A stretch of DNA of 57,843 nucleotides, from NCBI GenBank assembly GCA_017397685.1, contig JAFQID010000028.1, positions 1 to 57,843 of the forward strand, given 5' to 3'. Shown here piece by piece: positions 12,223 to 22,186 of this stretch. Positions within the stretch are counted from its first letter, which is position 1; every line of letters starts with the position of its first letter. Source of the DNA: Bacilli bacterium (lineage in GTDB: Bacteria > Bacillota_I > Bacilli_A > RF39 > UBA660). Made by a program: the position numbers and the translations under genes. Below the pieces are notes generated by a model. It was not told where the DNA came from, did not search any database, and worked only from the letters and a program-made list of their open reading frames with translations.

Positions 12223-13417
12223 ATTTTACATCTTTTATTTTTTGATTGAATTCGTATAGTTCTTTTTCATATTTATTTTTTCTTGGTGTGTAGTATTTTC
12301 TTCCGAGTAATTCGTTTGGCATATATTGTTGTTTTACCCAGTAGTTAGGATAATTATGGGGGTAAAGGTAAGTAGGTGAGTTCGTTTTTATGTTTTTAGG
12401 TATTCTTCCAATATTACCACTTCTAACGTCTTCAAGTGCTGTTGTTAAGGCAATATCAGCAGAATTACTCTTAGGGCTTAATGCCATATCTATTACTGCA
12501 CAAGAAAGAGGTTTTATTATTTCAGGGAAACCAATTCGTTCACAAGCCTCTATTGCTGACAATACTTTAGTTCCCATCATTGGGTTTGCTAGACCTATAT
12601 CTTCGTATGCTATTACAAGCATTCTTCTATATATTGATTCGTAATCTCCGCTTTCTATTAATCTTGCTAAATAGTGAAGAGCTGCGTCTACATCTGAGCC
12701 TCTTATGCTTTTTTGGAATGCTGATAACATATCATAGTGTCCCTCATCATTTTTATCAGTGAAGAAATTTGATGAAGAAGATGATTGTTTTATATTTTCT
12801 ATTGTTATTTTTTTATTATATCCATAATAAGCAAATTCTATTAGGTTATAAGCAAATCTTATGTCTCCGTTTGATATTTCTGATATATATTTTATGGTTT
12901 TTTGATCTATTTCTATGTCTGTTAATATTTCTTTTACTTTTTTGATTCCTTTTTCTATATCTTTACTTGTAAGTGCTTTTAGTTCAAGTAATTGACATCT
13001 ACTTCTAATAGCGGGGTTTACTACATGATATGGATTAAGTGATGTAAGACCTATTAGAATAACTGTTCCATTTTCTAGATATGAAAGTAATATATCTTGT
13101 TTATCTTTGTTCATTCTATGTATTTCATCTACGATTAAAATCATATGACCGTACATTTTTGCTTCTTCAATAGCTATTTCAAAGTCTTTTTTTGAGTTTA
13201 TAGTTGCGTTAAGCATTCTGTATCTTTCTCCTAGTTCATTTACTAGTGCGAGTGCTATAGTTGTTTTACCGATACCGCTTTGACCATATAAAATCATATT
13301 AAATATTTTTTTATTCTTAACTAAGTTTGTTAGAACTTTGTCTTTTCCAACTAAGTGTGTTTGACCTAGTATATCTGATAGTTTATTAGGTCTTAGTTTA
13401 TTTTGAAGTAGTTCCAT
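12221..13417 (-). CDS. rarA: Replication-associated recombination protein A (MgsA/YrvN)
   Basis: RP..L..ILGQ.HL, G.SGIGKTT, DEIHR, SAFQKSIRGSD, YEDIGLA, YLYPH. Confidence 0.96.
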   Translation of the reverse strand: MELLQNKLRPNKLSDILGQTHLVGKDKVLTNLVKNKKIFNMILYGQSGIGKTTIALALVNELGERYRMLNATINSKKDFEIAIEEAKMYGHMILIVDEIHRMNKDKQDILLSYLENGTVILIGLTSLNPYHVVNPAIRSRCQLLELKALTSKDIEKGIKKVKEILTDIEIDQKTIKYISEISNGDIRFAYNLIEFAYYGYNKKITIENIKQSSSSSNFFTDKNDEGHYDMLSAFQKSIRGSDVDAALHYLARLIESGDYESIYRRMLVIAYEDIGLANPMMGTKVLSAIEACERIGFPEIIKPLSCAVIDMALSPKSNSADIALTTALEDVRSGNIGRIPKNIKTNSPTYLYPHNYPNYWVKQQYMPNELLGRKYYTPRKNKYEKELYEFNQKIKDVK

Positions 13418-13488
13418 TTCAATCACCTTTATTATGATAACATTTTATTTTTTTTATTTCAAGGTGTGGGCGAACAGAAATTTGCGTA

Positions 13489-13518
13489 TTGACAAGATGG
13501 GGGGGGTTGAGATATAAT
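13489..13518 (+). promoter_or_regulatory. sigA promoter with a G8 homopolymer in the spacer
   Basis: TTGACA (13489)-AGAT-G8 (13499-13506)-TTGAGA-TATAAT (13513); spacer 18 bp. Confidence 0.8.
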
Positions 13519-13611
13519 AAATATAAGGTAAAAAGATAATAATATTGCTTATTTAAAATTAAACAGTTTATAAAGCAAACCTTTTTACATACTAATAAAA
13601 AGGGGTATATT

Positions 13612-14955
13612 ATGAAATATTATTTCAAATCAAAATCTAAAAAATATTTATTAACTATTTTTATATTTATTACACTATGTATAATTTTAAGTGTGATATA
13701 TTTCTTTTTTGTGTCTTTAGATATAAAGTATAATCATGAAAATATTTCTACTACTTTAATGGAAAGTAAAGCTAATTATTTAACAGGTGATAATTCTCTT
13801 ATTGCATTATATGTAGATGATAAAAGTGTAAGTTCTCTTGATGATGACAAATCTTATGTGTTAGTTAATTATAGTTGTACTAATAATGAGGTTGTTACTT
13901 ATGATTGGGATACTAAAATACTTTATATTGAACCTATAAATAAAGCTACTAATTGCTTACTTTATTTTAATGAAATTAAAAATATGACTTTATTTGATAG
14001 AATACTTGCAGATAATAGTGGTGGAATGAGTGATGAAAATATAGACTTTGCACAAATATCAAGTGATACTAATGGGAATGGATTATATTATACATCTGAT
14101 TTATCTCTCACAGAAGACTTAAATAATGATGGAGCAGGAGAAAGAGTTTATTATTATAGAGGCGCGGTAACAAATAATAATGTATTATTTGGTGGTTTTT
14201 GCTGGAGAATAGTTAGAACAAATGAAGATGGTTCAGTAAGACTAAGGTATAATGGAACATATGAAAATGGAACATGTCCTGTTAATGGTACGAATGTAAA
14301 AATAAATAATACAATGTACAAATTTTATAATAGTTCTATTGATAATAAATATAATGAATATATATGGGAAGATGGAACCGGAGAAAGTATTGCGAAATCA
14401 ACTGTAGATGCGTGGTATACATCAAGTGGACTAGAGGATTATGAAGACCAGATAGCAAATGTTCCATATTGTGCAGATAAGAGTAATGTTATAGAAAATG
14501 ATCCTTTTTTATATTATGGTGCTACTAATAGATTTTTAAATTATTCGGGTGGCGGTTTCAGTTTAAAAAATAATCCTAAACCATCTTATATATGTAATGA
14601 TATAGAAGATAAACATACTGTAGAAAATGATAATTGGGGAGGAAATGGAAAATTATCTAAACCAATAGGATTGTTAACAGCGGATGAAGTGGTATTTGCT
14701 GGTGGTACTAAAGGACTTGATAATAATTCTTTTTATTTATGTACTAATGAATCTTATTGGACAATGAGCCCTAGCTATTGGGAAGATAGCCCTATCGGTT
14801 CTACCTTATTTATTTTATCAAGTAATGGTTCTTTAATTTATGTTGGATCTTTTTTTTCTTATGCTATTTTACCAGTTATTTCGTTAAAACATAATGTAAT
14901 AGCTGATGCCTCTAGTACTGGCAGTTATACAAATCCATATAGAATTGTTAATTAG
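13612..14955 (+). CDS. Surface protein, paralog 2
   Basis: N-terminal TM; YYYRG, FGGFCWRIVRT, PIGLLTADE, YWTMSP, LPVISL, NPY. Confidence 0.85.
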   Translation: MKYYFKSKSKKYLLTIFIFITLCIILSVIYFFFVSLDIKYNHENISTTLMESKANYLTGDNSLIALYVDDKSVSSLDDDKSYVLVNYSCTNNEVVTYDWDTKILYIEPINKATNCLLYFNEIKNMTLFDRILADNSGGMSDENIDFAQISSDTNGNGLYYTSDLSLTEDLNNDGAGERVYYYRGAVTNNNVLFGGFCWRIVRTNEDGSVRLRYNGTYENGTCPVNGTNVKINNTMYKFYNSSIDNKYNEYIWEDGTGESIAKSTVDAWYTSSGLEDYEDQIANVPYCADKSNVIENDPFLYYGATNRFLNYSGGGFSLKNNPKPSYICNDIEDKHTVENDNWGGNGKLSKPIGLLTADEVVFAGGTKGLDNNSFYLCTNESYWTMSPSYWEDSPIGSTLFILSSNGSLIYVGSFFSYAILPVISLKHNVIADASSTGSYTNPYRIVN

Positions 14956-14970
14956 ATTTGGAGGTTACAT

Positions 14971-16545
14971 ATGAAATATTATTTTAAATCTAAATCTAAA
15001 AAGTATTTATTAGCGGTATTATTGTTAATATCACTTTGTCCACTTTTAGGAACAACATACTCATCATTTATATTTTCATCAAATGATTATAGAGCGAGTG
15101 AAATGTATATAGGATCTTTAATGTATTCTATAAAAATAAATGGACAGTCAACTTCAAAAATAATTGTAGAACCAGGAGAAACGGTAGTAAATATTGAAAT
15201 AACATCTCTTAATACGGTATCATCATTTTATAAACTAATATATGAAAAAAATGAAAATATATCAGTAGAATATAGTAGTGAAACAACTGACTTTCCTAGT
15301 GGAGATATATCAAATACTAGAAGTGTAATAGTAAGAATAACAAATTCATCATCATCAAACATAGAAGTAGAGTTTGATATAGTATCTGGATATATAACTA
15401 ATACAATTGATGATGTGATAATACCTAGTGGTTATAATGAAATTATTGATTTTTATAATAATGATTTGGCGGATATTGGTATTGCTAAATTATATGTAGA
15501 TGGAATTTTAGTAGATTCTTTGGATGATAATTATTATTATGATTTAGTTAGTTATTCTTGTAGTAATGGAGAAACTATTGAATGGAACATGTATACAAAA
15601 ACTATCGGAATGTCTTCTTTTAATAGACAAACTGCTTGTGAACTACATTTTAATAAACTTTATACTATTATACAAAGAGTACTTATTGATAATCCAATTA
15701 TTATAGATGATAATTCTAATCTTTTTGCTAATGTTGCGGATGAGGCAAGTGAGTCAGGATTATTTAGAACAACTGACCTTACTAAAACAGAAGATATGGA
15801 TGGGGATGGAATAGGTGAGGAAGTTTTATATTTTAGAGGAGTAGTTGAAAATAACTATTTAGTTTTTGCAGGATATTGCTGGAGAATTGTTAGAACAAAT
15901 GAAAGTGGAGAAAGTATAAAACTTAGATATTGTGGAGATCCAAAAATTAGTGGAGGAACATATACTTGTCCACAAACAGGAACAAAAGTGAAAATTGCTG
16001 AAGATAACTATTTTAATAAGAGTTCAGTTTTAGATAATTGGTACATTAACAATATATGGCCACTTGGAGAAGAAATAACAAATTTGATAATAGATGAGCC
16101 ATACTGTAATGATATGACATTAGATGGTTCTCATTATGGAGCAGATATAAGGTTAGTAACAAATAAATCTCCACAATATAAGTGTCCGAATTCGAATGAT
16201 AATGATTCGGTTAGTACTAGTAAAGGAAATGGGAAATTATATTATCCAATTGCATTATTATCAGCAGATGAAGTTGCGTATGCGGGAGGTGTATATGATA
16301 CATCCAACTTAAATTATTATTTATATACGTATGATACATATGCTACTAATAGTAGGTCAATGGAAGCCGGTTCTTATTTATTTCTTTTTGAGGTGGTTGA
16401 TGATGGAAGTTTAGAATCTGATAATTTTAATTTAGCCTCGGAAAAAGAAGCGTTTTTGCCTGTCATTTCTTTATCTAATAATGCTCCTGTTGCAAATGGT
16501 GGAACTGGAGTGTACAATAATCCATATGTGATTGTTACTGAGTAA
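14971..16545 (+). CDS. Surface protein, paralog 3
   Basis: Same first 14 aa as paralog 2 (MKYYFKSKSKKYLL); LYFRG, FAGYCWRIVRT, PIALLSADE, LPVISL, NPY; extra N-terminal domain. Confidence 0.85.
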   Translation: MKYYFKSKSKKYLLAVLLLISLCPLLGTTYSSFIFSSNDYRASEMYIGSLMYSIKINGQSTSKIIVEPGETVVNIEITSLNTVSSFYKLIYEKNENISVEYSSETTDFPSGDISNTRSVIVRITNSSSSNIEVEFDIVSGYITNTIDDVIIPSGYNEIIDFYNNDLADIGIAKLYVDGILVDSLDDNYYYDLVSYSCSNGETIEWNMYTKTIGMSSFNRQTACELHFNKLYTIIQRVLIDNPIIIDDNSNLFANVADEASESGLFRTTDLTKTEDMDGDGIGEEVLYFRGVVENNYLVFAGYCWRIVRTNESGESIKLRYCGDPKISGGTYTCPQTGTKVKIAEDNYFNKSSVLDNWYINNIWPLGEEITNLIIDEPYCNDMTLDGSHYGADIRLVTNKSPQYKCPNSNDNDSVSTSKGNGKLYYPIALLSADEVAYAGGVYDTSNLNYYLYTYDTYATNSRSMEAGSYLFLFEVVDDGSLESDNFNLASEKEAFLPVISLSNNAPVANGGTGVYNNPYVIVTE

Positions 16546-16556
16546 AAGATTATGTA

Positions 16557-16594
16557 AACTACTGAGAAAAGTGTGTACTTTCTTGGTAGTTTTG
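16557..16594 (+). terminator. Intrinsic terminator after the surface-protein pair
   Basis: AAACTACTGAGAAA ... TTTCTTGGTAGTTT then T-rich. Confidence 0.65.
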
Positions 16595-16619
16595 TTTTAT
16601 AATGAATATAGTGATTAAT

Positions 16620-17531
16620 ATGATAGATATAGAAAATAATGAACTTGTTGAAGACTTTAAGAAATATTTGATGCTTGAGAGAAGGTATAGTGATAATACT
16701 GTTGAGTCTTATATTCGAGATGTAAGAATGTTTCTTATTAGTTTAGGGAAAGATGTTGATGATATTAGTAAGGGAGACATCGAGGATTATATTTTAGAGA
16801 TTCTTCCTACTCTTGATAGTAGTTCTATTAATCGTAAGATTGCAAGTATTAAAAGTTTTTTTAAGTATCTTTGTAATTTTCGTGGTTTTGTTAATGTTGC
16901 TGAAGGCATTGAGAGTTTAAAACGCAAGCAGAGGTTACCTAAGTATTTGACTATTGAGGAAGTAGATAGACTTCTTAATATTAAACTTAAAAGTGCATTT
17001 GATTATCGTAATAAGGCTATGCTTGAGCTTTTATATGCTACTGGACTTCGTGCGAGTGAGCTTATTAATTTGGATACTACTAATCTTGATTTATTTAATA
17101 TGACTCTTAAGGTGCATGGGAAAGGAAATAAGGAGAGAATTGTTCCGGTTAGTAAGATGGCTATTAAGTATCTTGCTTTGTATCTAGCAGAGTATAGGAG
17201 TAAGTTATTTGTAAAAAAGAAGAAGGCATGTGATAAGTTGTTTTTAAATAATCATGGGTGTGGTCTTACTAGACAAGGACTTTATAAGATTCTTAAGGAA
17301 CTAAGTGTTAATGCTGGAATTGATAAGGATATAACGCCTCATGTTTTAAGACATAGTTTTGCTACTCATTTGATTGAGTGTGGTGCGGATATAAGAAGTG
17401 TTCAAGAACTACTTGGACATGAGAATGCTGAGACTACTGAGGTTTATACACACCTTGCGAATAATTTTGTTGCTGAAAGTTATAATAAGTATTTTAATCG
17501 TAATAAGAATGGAGATGAAGTTAATGTTTAA
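16620..17531 (+). CDS. xerD: Tyrosine recombinase XerD (RipX)
   Basis: S.NT..SY.RD, LLYATGLRASEL, GKGNKERIVP, TPHVLRHSFATH, LLGH, YTH; upstream of deoB as in Bacillus. Confidence 0.9.
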   Translation: MIDIENNELVEDFKKYLMLERRYSDNTVESYIRDVRMFLISLGKDVDDISKGDIEDYILEILPTLDSSSINRKIASIKSFFKYLCNFRGFVNVAEGIESLKRKQRLPKYLTIEEVDRLLNIKLKSAFDYRNKAMLELLYATGLRASELINLDTTNLDLFNMTLKVHGKGNKERIVPVSKMAIKYLALYLAEYRSKLFVKKKKACDKLFLNNHGCGLTRQGLYKILKELSVNAGIDKDITPHVLRHSFATHLIECGADIRSVQELLGHENAETTEVYTHLANNFVAESYNKYFNRNKNGDEVNV

Positions 17532-18684
17532 GAGAGTATTTTTGATTGTTCTTGATAGTCTTGGTATTGGTGAAGCTGATGATGCTCATAAGTTTGGAGA
17601 TGAGGGTGCTAATACTTTAGGACATATTCTTGAGGGAAGAAATTATAATCTTGATATTTTAGAAAAACTTGGACTTACTAATCTTGTTGGTGGTAATGTA
17701 GAAAAGACTCGTGGTTATTATATGAAAGCTAAACCAATGAATCTTGCTAAGGATACTTTAAATGGACATTATGAGATGATGGGTGTTATTGCTGATCCAT
17801 ATAAGACTTATCCTGATGGTTTTCCTCTTGAGTTAATTAGTGAAATACAAAAGGTTACTGGGCGTGATGTAATTGGTAATATTGCTAGTAGTGGTACTGA
17901 AATTATTAAAGAACTTGGAGAGATGCATATTAAGACAGGTGCTTTAATTGTATATACTTCTGCGGATAGTGTTTTGCAGATAGCTGCGCATGAGGATGTT
18001 GTACCACTAGATGAGTTATATGATATATGTAAAAAGGTTCGTGAGATTACTAATAATGATAAGTATAAGATAGCTAGAATAATTGCTAGACCTTTTACTG
18101 GAAGGATAGGGGAGTTTGTAAGAACTAGTAATAGGCATGATTATTCTGTTAATCCACCATTAAATGTTCTTGATTTACTTGATAAAAATGGTGTTAAAAC
18201 TATAGCGATTGGTAAGATTAGTGATATATTTAATGGTAAGGGTATTTCTTCTAGTGTTAAGACTAAGGATAATATAGATGGTATGCTTAAACTTATTGAT
18301 TTTTCTAAGGGAGATTTTAGTGGGTTTGTGTTTGCTAATTTGAACGATTTTGATAGTTTATATGGTCATAGGAGAGATAAGGAAGGCTATTTAAAAGCAC
18401 TAGAGGAGTTTAATTATTATTTACCTATTTTTATTAAGAATATAAAGAAAGATGATCTTGTTATTTTATGTGCTGATCATGGTAATGATCCTACATTTAA
18501 GGGAACTGATCATACTAGAGAGAATGTTCCGGTAATTTTATATAGTCCTAGGTTTAAAACAAGTGGTAGACTTGCTGATAGGGAAAGTTTTGCTGATATT
18601 GGAGCAACTGTACTTCAAAATTTTGGTATAGAAAATACTTTAGGATATGGTAAGAGTATTTTTGGAGATAATAATGAAAGTTAA
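17524..18684 (+). CDS. deoB: Phosphopentomutase
   Basis: RVFLIVLDSLGIG, KDT..GH.E, YTSADSV, DFDSLYGHRRD, ADHGNDP, TDHTRE. Confidence 0.97.
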   Translation: MFKRVFLIVLDSLGIGEADDAHKFGDEGANTLGHILEGRNYNLDILEKLGLTNLVGGNVEKTRGYYMKAKPMNLAKDTLNGHYEMMGVIADPYKTYPDGFPLELISEIQKVTGRDVIGNIASSGTEIIKELGEMHIKTGALIVYTSADSVLQIAAHEDVVPLDELYDICKKVREITNNDKYKIARIIARPFTGRIGEFVRTSNRHDYSVNPPLNVLDLLDKNGVKTIAIGKISDIFNGKGISSSVKTKDNIDGMLKLIDFSKGDFSGFVFANLNDFDSLYGHRRDKEGYLKALEEFNYYLPIFIKNIKKDDLVILCADHGNDPTFKGTDHTRENVPVILYSPRFKTSGRLADRESFADIGATVLQNFGIENTLGYGKSIFGDNNES

Positions 18685-19855
18685 TGATACATATGAAGTT
18701 AGGATAATTGATAATGATATTAATGGTAATGGTATTGCTAGAATAAATAATTTTGTTTTATTTATTCCTTTTTGTTTGAAAGGTGAAGAGGTTTTAATTA
18801 AAGTAGTTGATATTAAGAAAAGTTATGCTTTTTGTGATCTTGTTAATATTATTAAACCATCTTTGGATAGATGTGATAGTGTATGTGCTTTTTATGAGTC
18901 ATGTGGTGGTTGTAATTTTCTACATACTAATTATGATTATGAAAATTTTATTAAGAAAAGTAATCTTGAGAGAATGTTTGGTTATAATATAGAGTATTAT
19001 AGTGCTGAAGATGATTTGTTTTATCGTAATAAAGCTACTTTTCATGTTAAGGATGGAAAGTTATGTTATTATAATGCTAGTTCTCATAAACCATGTTTTA
19101 TTAATGAATGTAAGATAGCTAATGAAAAAATTAATTATTTTGTTAATTATTTATCTGGTTTTAATTTGACAGGTATTTTTGAAGTTATGTTTAGGGTTAT
19201 TTCTGGTAAGGTAATGGTTAATTTTATATGTAATGAAAGTTATGATATTAAAAGTATTATTAATGAAGATTTTGACTGTGTATATGTTAATAATGAGCAC
19301 TTTTTTGGTGAAGAGTATTTAATTGATAAAGTAGGGAGATTTAAGTTTAGTATTTATCCTAATTCTTTTTATCAAGTTAATCCAGAGGGGATGAAAGTTA
19401 TATATAATATTGCTAAAAAATATGCTGGTAAGGGTGATAAACTTTTAGATTTATATTGTGGAACGGGTACTATTGGTATATGGCTTAGTAAAAACTTTAA
19501 TAGCGCAGTTGGCTATGAAATTAATGAAAGTTCTATTAAAAATGCTATTATTAATAAAGAACTTAATAATATTAATAATATAGAGTTTGTTTTAGGGAAT
19601 GCTAGTAGTGTTAAAGGTGAATATGATGTAATTGTTGTTGATCCACCAAGAAGTGGACTTAGTAAAGAAGTTAGGGAGTTTCTAAATAGTTCTAGTGCTA
19701 GGAGGATTGTTTATATATCGTGTAATCCATTTACTTTGCAGAGAGATTTGAAATGTATTAATAATTATAATATAAGTAGTTTTAGTGCTTTTAATATGTT
19801 TCCTCGAAGTGGTCATGTTGAATGTGTGGTTTTATTGGAAATAAAGAAAGAATAA
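18674..19855 (+). CDS. rlmD: 23S rRNA m5U methyltransferase, RlmD/TrmA family
   Basis: TRAM domain, C..Y..CGGC, SFYQVN, LDLYCGTGTIG, VDPPRSG, YISCNP, MFP.S.HVE. Confidence 0.9.
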   Translation: MKVNDTYEVRIIDNDINGNGIARINNFVLFIPFCLKGEEVLIKVVDIKKSYAFCDLVNIIKPSLDRCDSVCAFYESCGGCNFLHTNYDYENFIKKSNLERMFGYNIEYYSAEDDLFYRNKATFHVKDGKLCYYNASSHKPCFINECKIANEKINYFVNYLSGFNLTGIFEVMFRVISGKVMVNFICNESYDIKSIINEDFDCVYVNNEHFFGEEYLIDKVGRFKFSIYPNSFYQVNPEGMKVIYNIAKKYAGKGDKLLDLYCGTGTIGIWLSKNFNSAVGYEINESSIKNAIINKELNNINNIEFVLGNASSVKGEYDVIVVDPPRSGLSKEVREFLNSSSARRIVYISCNPFTLQRDLKCINNYNISSFSAFNMFPRSGHVECVVLLEIKKE

Positions 19856-19873
19856 TATTATTTAGGGGGAAAT

Positions 19874-20824
19874 ATGAAAGAAAAAATATTTGATATGGTT
19901 AAAAGAGGAGTTTCTTTAGATAATATTATTTTAGAAACAGGACTTAATTATTATGAGATATATGAACAAATTAATTTTTTAAAAAATATGGGATATAATG
20001 TTTGTAATAAATATTTATATAATGGTAAAAATATTTATTATATAAGTAATACAATAGATAATAAAACTTATCCTTTAATTGAAGTTAATCCTAGTGTTAA
20101 TGAGATAGATATGGTTATTATTTCTGATTTGCATATGGGTAGTGAAAGAGAAAGATATGATTCTTTGTATAATGTTTATAATTTTTGTGATAAAGAAAAT
20201 ATTCATTTTGTTATTAATGCTGGAGATGTAATGGCAGGTTTATTTGGAAATGATAATAAGAGAATAGGCGATTTTAAAGGGCAAATTAAGCATGTTGTTG
20301 ATGATTATCCTTTGATTAGCAATATTATTACTTTTATATGTTTTGGTAATCATGACTTTCATTCTTTTAAAGCTGAGGGGCTTGATGGTGCGAAAGTAAT
20401 ATGTGATAAAAGACATGATTTGGTAAATCTTGGGTATGGATTTGGTATGATAGGTATTTTAGATGATAAAATATATGTGTGTCATAGTGGAACTTGTAAA
20501 AGTAGTAATGTAAATCATGATTTAATGCGCAAGTTTATTATATCTGGTGGGGGACATAGATTTAAAATGTGTTTTAATTCTAATTTTGTTTTGTATCCTC
20601 CGACTTTAAGTGATTTAAAGTTTACTAACAATGAGTTCTTACCTGGATTTGTGAAAGTAAAGTTTTTACTTGAAGATAATAAAATTAAACTTGGATTTTT
20701 CGACCATTATTTGGTATCTGGTAATAATTTTTATAGGGTAGGAAATTTTATAGTAGATTTTGATAAGATATTAAATAATAGTGATATGTATAATAAAGAT
20801 AAAAAATTAAAATTAGAGATATAA
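19874..20824 (+). CDS. Calcineurin-like metallophosphoesterase with N-terminal HTH-like region
   Basis: ISDLHMG, NAGD, GNHD, CH, GGGH. Confidence 0.8.
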   Translation: MKEKIFDMVKRGVSLDNIILETGLNYYEIYEQINFLKNMGYNVCNKYLYNGKNIYYISNTIDNKTYPLIEVNPSVNEIDMVIISDLHMGSERERYDSLYNVYNFCDKENIHFVINAGDVMAGLFGNDNKRIGDFKGQIKHVVDDYPLISNIITFICFGNHDFHSFKAEGLDGAKVICDKRHDLVNLGYGFGMIGILDDKIYVCHSGTCKSSNVNHDLMRKFIISGGGHRFKMCFNSNFVLYPPTLSDLKFTNNEFLPGFVKVKFLLEDNKIKLGFFDHYLVSGNNFYRVGNFIVDFDKILNNSDMYNKDKKLKLEI

Positions 20825-20854
20825 AAAAAAGACACTTTTAATTGTGTCTTTTTT
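20823..20854. terminator. Bidirectional terminator
   Basis: AAAAAAGACAC ... GTGTCTTTTTT between convergent genes. Confidence 0.8.
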
Positions 20855-20861
20855 CGTAGTT

Positions 20862-21035
20862 TTAACGGCTTCTTGAAGAATTATTACTTCTTGAAGAGTT
20901 GTTACTTCTAGAAGAGTTATTGCTTCTAGAAGAGTTATTACTTCTTGAAGAATTATTGCTTCTTGAAGAGTTGTTACTTCTAGAACTATTATTGCTTCTA
21001 GAACTATTATTACTTCTTGCATTTGCATTTGCCAT
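20862..21035 (-). CDS. 57-aa repeat microprotein MANANA(RSNNSS)8RSR
   Basis: AGGTGGTGA RBS; all differences among repeats are synonymous in this frame; own terminator. Confidence 0.8.
   Translation of the reverse strand: MANANARSNNSSRSNNSSRSNNSSRSNNSSRSNNSSRSNNSSRSNNSSRSNNSSRSR
20874..21017 (-). repeat. 8 x 18-bp tandem coding repeat
   Basis: Unit AGA AGY AAY AAY (AGT/TCT) TCW. Confidence 0.95.
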
Positions 21036-21054
21036 TATTATCACCACCTACTAT

Positions 21055-21083
21055 TATTATGGAAGATTTTAGAATATAAATAC
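21055..21083 (-). promoter_or_regulatory. Possible sigG-type promoter of the microprotein
   Basis: GTATT-17 bp-CATAATA on the minus strand; short motif in AT-rich DNA. Confidence 0.4.
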
Positions 21084-21244
21084 ATTTTTATTTATTGTTT
21101 TTATGGCAATAATTGGCTAAAGTTATAGGGGAGAGAGATATGTTTATTTTATTATTTTTTTAATGCTATTATTTATTTAATTTTTTTGTAAAGTTTTATT
21201 AAAATATTATGTAATAATTTTCTTTAAGATTAATATTATTTATT

Positions 21245-21985
21245 ATGGAAATGTTTGGTCCTTTAGGTTTATCTTTTATTGCTGGTATTTCTACTACTAT
21301 TGGATGTGTGTTTATTTTTTTAAAAATTAAGAGAGTAGATGAGTTTATTGCTTATTCTTTGGCATTTTCTTTTGCTGTTATGTTTTTATTATCAATATTT
21401 GATCTTATACCTAGTTCACTTAGAATAATTATCAATGATTTTGGAGTGTTTTTTGGCGTTATTTTAGCCTTTTTGATGATTTTGCTAGGAAGTACAACAA
21501 TTAGGATAATTAATGATAAAATCCCTACTAAAAACAACTGTAATTTATATAGAGTAGGGGTTCTTAGTATGATTTCTCTTATGGCTCATAATATACCTGA
21601 AGGAATTGCTGTATATGTCAGTGCCTACTCTGATATTGCTTTAGGTATATCTGTTTGTATTGCGATTATGCTTCATAATATTCCTGAAGGTATAGCTATA
21701 TCTGTTCCACTTTATTATAGTGGAATTAAAAGATGGAAAGTAGTTTTATATACTTTAGTATCTGGTTTATCAGAACTTTTTGGAGCTATAATGGGGCATA
21801 TATTTCTACGCAAAATTGCTACAGATAATCTTATATCTTTTGTATTATTATTTGTTGCTGGTCTTATGCTTAATTTATCTTATAATGATATATTAAAAGA
21901 AGCATTATCTTATAATAAGTTTAGATATGTTATTTTAGGTATTGTTAGTGGGGGAGCTATGTTTGTTATTGCGGGATTAATTTAA
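21245..21985 (+). CDS. ZIP family metal transporter (ZupT-like)
   Basis: Two HNIPEG motifs, SGLSE, multiple TM helices. Confidence 0.92.
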   Translation: MEMFGPLGLSFIAGISTTIGCVFIFLKIKRVDEFIAYSLAFSFAVMFLLSIFDLIPSSLRIIINDFGVFFGVILAFLMILLGSTTIRIINDKIPTKNNCNLYRVGVLSMISLMAHNIPEGIAVYVSAYSDIALGISVCIAIMLHNIPEGIAISVPLYYSGIKRWKVVLYTLVSGLSELFGAIMGHIFLRKIATDNLISFVLLFVAGLMLNLSYNDILKEALSYNKFRYVILGIVSGGAMFVIAGLI

Positions 21986-22186
21986 TATTTTTTCATTTAA
22001 TATATTATAGTTTATGATTTTTATATTTATAGAAGTTTACATAACATAAATTATCGACAAATTAAATTTTCAATTTTAAGGCTATTTTTAGCCGTTTTTA
22101 ACAACTTTTTATAGTTTGCAATATTCTTCATACTATGTATGTGTCATTTTTAAAATATAACATATCTTTTTTTTTGTCAATTTTTT

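Noticed and set aside
16620-17531. Tyrosine recombinase as an integron or prophage integrase
   Set aside because: XerD-like length and motifs, housekeeping xerD-deoB context, no att sites seen
20874-21017. Repeat array as a CRISPR
   Set aside because: Contiguous 18-bp units with no spacers, codon-patterned variation, no cas genes
20813-21028. Alternative-frame 71-aa ORF (MQMQEVIIVLE...)
   Set aside because: Repeat differences are non-synonymous in this frame, it runs through the terminator, and the RBS fits ATG 21035
21100-21165. Metal-sensing (yybP-ykoY) riboswitch or leader peptide before the ZIP transporter
   Set aside because: Only AGGGGAG matches; the rest of the aptamer is absent and the ORF is 7 codons
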